Source: Adineta vaga (lineage: Eukaryota; Animalia; Rotifera). Taken from it: 64,000 nucleotides of DNA. How positions within the stretch are numbered: the stretch's first letter is position 1; the number at the start of each line of letters is the position of its first letter. The position numbers were made by a program, and so were the translations under genes. The stretch spans positions 6,696,001 to 6,760,000 of the forward strand of contig CP075493.1 of the NCBI GenBank assembly GCA_021613535.1, written 5' to 3'. Positions 58,986 to 64,000 of the stretch are shown here, in pieces. The notes below the pieces were generated by a model. The model saw nothing but the letters and a program-made list of their open reading frames with translations, did no database searches and was not told the DNA's origin.

Positions 58986-61496
58986 ATGGAATCGGATGAT
59001 CAGTCGATGAACACATCTCAAGATGATTGTATAGTTCTGGCATTATCTCCAATACGTTCTGCTCCATCATCAGGAACTGAAGGTGTTACACAGAAAACAC
59101 CAAAAATCAGATTATCCAAAGCCGAACTTGTAAGTGAAATTAAAGTTATGAACAACTTTTCAAATAACACGTTTAGCAAATTTGTTTTTTTAGACTCAAC
59201 GAAAATCGGAACGAGATGCTAAAAAAGCAGAAGAAGAAGCAGCAAGAGCTGAGAAAAAACGTCTTCAAGAAGAAAGTAAATTTTTCTAATATGATTTATT
59301 TCCCCCAAAAAGTTGAACGTCCGTTTCTTTTTCAGTAAGAGCTAAGAAAGCTGAAGAAATTCGATTGGAAAAGGCACGAAAAGCAGAAGAACTTCTACAA
59401 GAAAAAGCTCGCCGAGCAGAAGAGAAAGCTCGAAAAGCTGAAGAACTCCAACAAGAAAAGGCACGAAAAGCAGAAGAACTTCTCCAGGAAAAGGCCGGAA
59501 AGCTGAAGAACTTCTACAAGAAAAAACGCGAAAAGCTGAAGAAAAAGCACGAAGAGATGCAGAAAATGCGTAAGTTTTCATTTTTATAGAAGTAATTGTA
59601 TCTTTATTTCTGTGTTGTATTTTTAGAAGTAAAAAAGCAGAAATAATGCAAAAGAAAGAGCAAAAACAAGCAGCTGCACAAAAACAAATGGTCAATACAA
59701 TGAATAAATATTTTAAACCAATTGATAAATCTGCACAAGTATGAATGTATTCATAGTCGTTAATTTAATTCTTATTTTCACGAAGAAGACGAAAAGATTT
59801 TGAAAGAAACGTTCTCATATAGTATCAATAAAATTTTTCGAATGATTTAGAAAGATGGACAAGCATCAACAACGAATAATAACAATGTCAATCAACATTG
59901 TACAGATGAGTTCGATCAAATCGTTTCGAAACAAGTTTGTTTTTACATACATCTACTTTTTTCATTCTAATCTATTCTTTTATTAATCGAATAGGATGTT
60001 AGTTTTATATCGGATATGCTTGATAGTTTAAACTCAATGAAACGAATTGATGTTGAAAACTATACACGTCCACGTTTGAACAGGTTTCTAGTTTGATAAT
60101 TATTTAAGAATCAAAATTTTAATCTTATATTTCTTCATCTAGTGATTCGAGCAGTTGTCCTGTATTTACAACATCAACAACTACCATGGACAATTCATAT
60201 GTGCTAAAAACTCGATATATTCATTTTCCAGAGAAATATTTTAATCGTCCACCTTATTATGGAACGTTGAAGAAATCTTCTGCTGCCAATGTGAATCCAT
60301 TACAACCAACTTCTTCAATTGATAATGTATGTTTTTTTTTTCATACGAATGAATCAATGAAACAATTTACAAGATCGACTTTTTCTTGTTGATATTTATT
60401 AGATTGATTATACAGTGGACTCGGAAAGTGAATGGGAAGAGCCATGTAAAGATGGTGAAGAACTTCGTTCCGATGCTGAAGATTTAAGTGATGCAGAAAT
60501 AATGGATAGCGATAGTGATACGGATTCATTTATTGTACCGCATGGGCATTTATCAGACGATGAGTTAAATGAAGATGAACAACAACAAGTAAAAAAAATA
60601 AAAATGATAAATCCTAATATTTCTTCGATATTTCATATATTGAATTTGTTTTAGTCGACATTGACAAAGCAAGCTCGTGAAGCAGCTAAATCGCATGTAT
60701 GGGATAAGAAAGTTGCACGTCTTAATCAACAACGAGAATTAAAACCTATATTTGGTTGTATTTACGATCCAACACTAGATGAGAAAGTCAAATTTGAATT
60801 ATCAAATTATCTTCATCAATTTCAAGTAATATTTATGAAACAAAAGAGTTCAATTTTTTTATTTTCCTATTTTTGTAGAGGATACTTGTACCTAAAGAAA
60901 TCTGTCAAAAAGTAGAACAAGAAGATAAAGATCAAGAGATCAATGAGGAATCTGCTCCAAATGGAGAAAAACAAAAACGAGTATCAAAAAAGAAATCGAC
61001 AGCTTCGAAAAAAGGTAACTATAATTGCATTTAAAAAAGTCGAACAAAGTTTAGACATTCATTTCTCTATGTAGGTGTATCTGCTGAACAACAACAACAA
61101 CAACAACAACAAACATTGATCATTCCTTCCGCTGTTACACCAACAGCTAAACGTATAAGTTCAGTTTCAATTCTAGTCGAAAGTGCATCACCATCAAAAC
61201 GTCGTAAAATGAATTCCAACGAAAATTGTTCAATCATGGATGATACCGATGTTGTAATGGGTAATTTAATTTTAATCTTCCCATTCATTTTCTTCATATA
61301 ACTAAATTGGTTTTTGCTGTTTCTAGTTGATACAGAAGCAATCAATAGTAATAAAACGAATGTTTTAGAAGATGCTAGTAATGTTACAGAAATCAAATCA
61401 TCTCCATTAACAATTATTTCCAATGATGATGTTAAACTTGATAGTACACCTATATGTACATTGCTTATACCTAAACGAAAGCAACCACCTGTATAG
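58986..61496 (+). CDS. CHAF1A: Chromatin assembly factor 1 subunit A (p150); apparent 1-nt frameshift ~59496
   Basis: K/E/R-rich coiled coil, PIP-like TMNKYF, RPPYYGT, IDYTVDSESEWEEP, acidic domain, FIVPHGHLSDDE. Confidence 0.88.
59342..59560 (+). repeat. Coding tandem repeat (33/21-bp units) encoding EKARKAEELLQ in the CHAF1A KER domain
   Basis: Repeated gaaaaggcacgaaaagcagaagaactt / aaagctgaagaact units. Confidence 0.85.
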
Positions 61497-62181
61497 GCTT
61501 TCTAATTCTAGTTCAAATCTGACATTGATGTCATGTTCATCTGTAGTTGTACATACGTTTGATTGTAAAAGTTAAATCTCTATATATTATTATTATTTTT
61601 TCTATATTTGATAAAAAAAAAGTTAAACATTGGATATAATTGATCTGTTTCTTGTGATTTCATATAACATAGTTCATACATTTCTCTCCCACTCTCTCTT
61701 CTTCTTCTTCTTCTTTCTCTTGTTCCCATAGAAAACAGTTTTTTATATTTCTCTTTTGATAAAGAAGAGAAAAATGAACAAAGATATATATATATTTCTA
61801 TATGTGAAGTTTATTGTTAAGAATAAAGCAAAACAAGAAAACAATGATAGAAAATTGTTTGTTCAACGACAGAAAAAAAGAAATTATTGACATTATATGA
61901 ATGAAAGAGAGAAAGAAGACGACCTTTTACTTTGTCAAGTAGATTAAGGACATGAAACCAGAAGAAAACGACGCGTCGATCATCCTCCTTGAAGAAATAA
62001 TACTCACGATTTTGATATTCGTATCATTATTCCTGTCTTGTGTCACCTTCGTTATCAATAATGATGAAGCAATCAAATTAAATGAATGCAACGCTTGAAT
62101 AGTTTGGTCGTCGTATCATTTCATTTCTCTTTTCATCCTGTGGTTTGTGCTTTAAACAGACAATTACATTTAAATCATACG

Positions 62182-62664
62182 ATGACAAGAACGACGATCA
62201 CGTCTGTCAAACATGATAACCATGATGATCTTGTACATACCAAAACTTTATTCCGACGACATTCAAAAGGTCCAATTATGTTCAATGGTTGTTCACCATC
62301 GGGTGATGTGATTATTATTGAAAATATTAGTCCGAAAAAACATTATGATTTAGCTGGCTGGTATATTGAACGACAAACAGAAAATTATCCCATGCTTCGA
62401 TATATAATTAAAAATCAATTTCTTCTTCCACCATTAACAACTGTTGAACTATGGTCGAGTATCGCAACACCAGTTCCTAATCCACCTGAAACTCAAGAAC
62501 AACAACAGCAACAACAACAATCATTTGTTAGTGTAAAAACAAAAATTTTAACATGGAATAAAGCACGACAATGGAGTGTTACGCGATTATATGATCATAC
62601 AGGACGTGAACGAGCTATATTCTCACATCGAACATTGTCATTATCAGATAAGGAAAACGAATAG
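62182..62664 (+). CDS. Lamin tail domain (LTD, Ig-fold) protein without a visible rod domain
   Basis: RHSKGPIMFNGCSPSGDVIIIENISPKKHYDLAGWYIERQ...YII..F.L.P..TVELWS...W......TRLYDHTGRERA matches the intermediate-filament/lamin tail fold. Start is uncertain (62086 or 62182). Confidence 0.7.
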   Translation: MTRTTITSVKHDNHDDLVHTKTLFRRHSKGPIMFNGCSPSGDVIIIENISPKKHYDLAGWYIERQTENYPMLRYIIKNQFLLPPLTTVELWSSIATPVPNPPETQEQQQQQQQSFVSVKTKILTWNKARQWSVTRLYDHTGRERAIFSHRTLSLSDKENE

Positions 62665-63255
62665 TTATAATAAAATGCAAATATTTGTAAAGATAACCTT
62701 GAGACAATGTCAAAATAACATCGATTATTTACAGCAAATTTTTAAGCTTTTTGCTACTTGACAAGAGAAAAATATATCACATTAAGTGATGAGAAAATAT
62801 TCGGTGAGTAATCGATACATATCTAATAGGAAATTATTTTCAATCTTAGATCATATTAAGTTGAAGAATAGTTCTTCGTTTCTTTTCGTTGTCGCTTCAT
62901 TCAAAACTCATAATACATATTTTAACAGATCATAATATAATGAAATAGACTATTCATAGTGTTTATGGTAAACAATAATAATTTTATTTAATTTTATGCC
63001 GATATCGTAAAGGTCGATTACTATGTGTATACATATTTTCTAGTTCGAACTAACCTTGTATATGAGAAAAAAACAATCAACAAATTGGTTGAAAATAGAC
63101 AAACTAAATGGAACGATTGTAGTGAATTTCATATATCAAATAGGATTGCTTAGCTTTTGAATGAATATAAACAAAATATATCATTCAAACTCCAAAGAGC
63201 ATATTGTTTAGTCTTTAATCGTTGAATTAAATACACGTGTAATATATAGTCTTAT

Positions 63256-63855
63256 TTAAACATAATTATTCACATGTCGTCGATGAAATGTTTGTCTTTC
63301 AATGAGATGTTTATTTTTCATTAATAAATTACATATACGTAGAATTGAAGATTTCATTTCAATGAGCATTAATTTCAAATTTCGATGTAATTGATCGTCA
63401 AGATTTGAAACTAAATGATAATTATCATCTAATTTCGGTCGTTTAAATAATTCTTTATTTGCTAGAGCACGTTGTTCACGATATTCAACAATTTGTCCCA
63501 TACGGATAATACAATTTGCTTTCATCGATGCGATATCATCAAGTATTTCATTTTGTACAACAATACGAAAATCATCACTTTCACTATACGATGGAATTTC
63601 TAATTCAAGCCACAAGGTTAAATGTTCAACTATTTCAATAAAATCTCGTAAATACTTTTGAACTGATTGAATAAGTTCGTTCAAATGTTTCGAATCATTC
63701 TGATTGGAAGATTCATCAGTTGAGAAAATTTCACTTTTAAGAAAATTCTCGATTTCATAAGCACGTTCAACAAGATTTGAAAGAGATTTTTCTGCTTGTT
63801 GTTTGATAGATTCATGTAGTTCGATAAATATATGTTTATGTTTCTCAATATCCAT
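63256..63855 (-). CDS. Divergent proteasome activator PA28/REG (PSME) family protein, intronless
   Basis: LKQQAE-like N-helix (IKQQAEKSL); LTLWLELEIP....DF.IVVQNEIL (cf. KMWVQLLIPRIEDGNNFGVSIQEE); YREQRALANKELFKRPKLDDNYHLV..LD (cf. RAKLVSKIAKYPHVEDYR). Confidence 0.75.
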   Translation of the reverse strand: MDIEKHKHIFIELHESIKQQAEKSLSNLVERAYEIENFLKSEIFSTDESSNQNDSKHLNELIQSVQKYLRDFIEIVEHLTLWLELEIPSYSESDDFRIVVQNEILDDIASMKANCIIRMGQIVEYREQRALANKELFKRPKLDDNYHLVSNLDDQLHRNLKLMLIEMKSSILRICNLLMKNKHLIERQTFHRRHVNNYV

Positions 63856-64000
63856 GTAAATTTATTTTTTTTTATTTAATCTTTCTCTTTTTACAATATG
63901 AACAGAAGAACAAACAGAAGAAATGGTTACTATTGTTTATAGAATATCGAAATGTACCGCCAAATTTCATTGTATTATTTCAGGTATTTGATTTTCAAAA

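Noticed and set aside
59342-59560. Regular repeats resembling a CRISPR array
   Set aside because: Coding repeat with no unique spacers; eukaryotic context with no cas genes.

Overview
AT-rich eukaryotic (metazoan) genomic DNA, gene-dense, with many short GT-AG introns (mostly ~45-110 nt). Composition, intron size and gene content suggest a bdelloid rotifer (inference, not proven). I reconstructed about 27 protein-coding genes by hand across introns. In order: secreted TPR-like protein (partial), ADP-ribosylglycohydrolase, NUP42-like, class I PI3K p110, GDP-fucose transporter SLC35C1, COPS5, TAF5/TAF5L-like, MGST1, VWA3A, PXMP4, Dop1R2-type dopamine receptor, an orphan proline-rich/WH2-like gene, SLC25A19, AUH, GEMIN2, NUP50, Rab GDI, MAP3K2/3, an orphan type I membrane protein, TMEM198, a truncated RING1-like protein, syndecan, ACP7, a catalytically dead ADAR/ADAD-like protein, CHAF1A, a stand-alone lamin-tail-domain protein and a divergent PA28-like gene. 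No rRNA, tRNA, CRISPR array or transposon could be supported. The main signal is two tight co-oriented clusters: COPS5-SLC35C1-PI3K (gaps 197 and 149 bp) and NUP50-GEMIN2-AUH-SLC25A19 (gaps 258, 47 and 195 bp). Their downstream genes start at 3' splice acceptors, some apparently unpaired, so they are candidate spliced-leader trans-spliced operons. Other points of interest are several pseudo-enzyme or truncated paralogs, two HGT candidates, two microexons, and four 1-nt frameshifts in conserved genes (probably assembly errors). Coordinates of multi-exon genes are hand-derived and may be off by a few nt.
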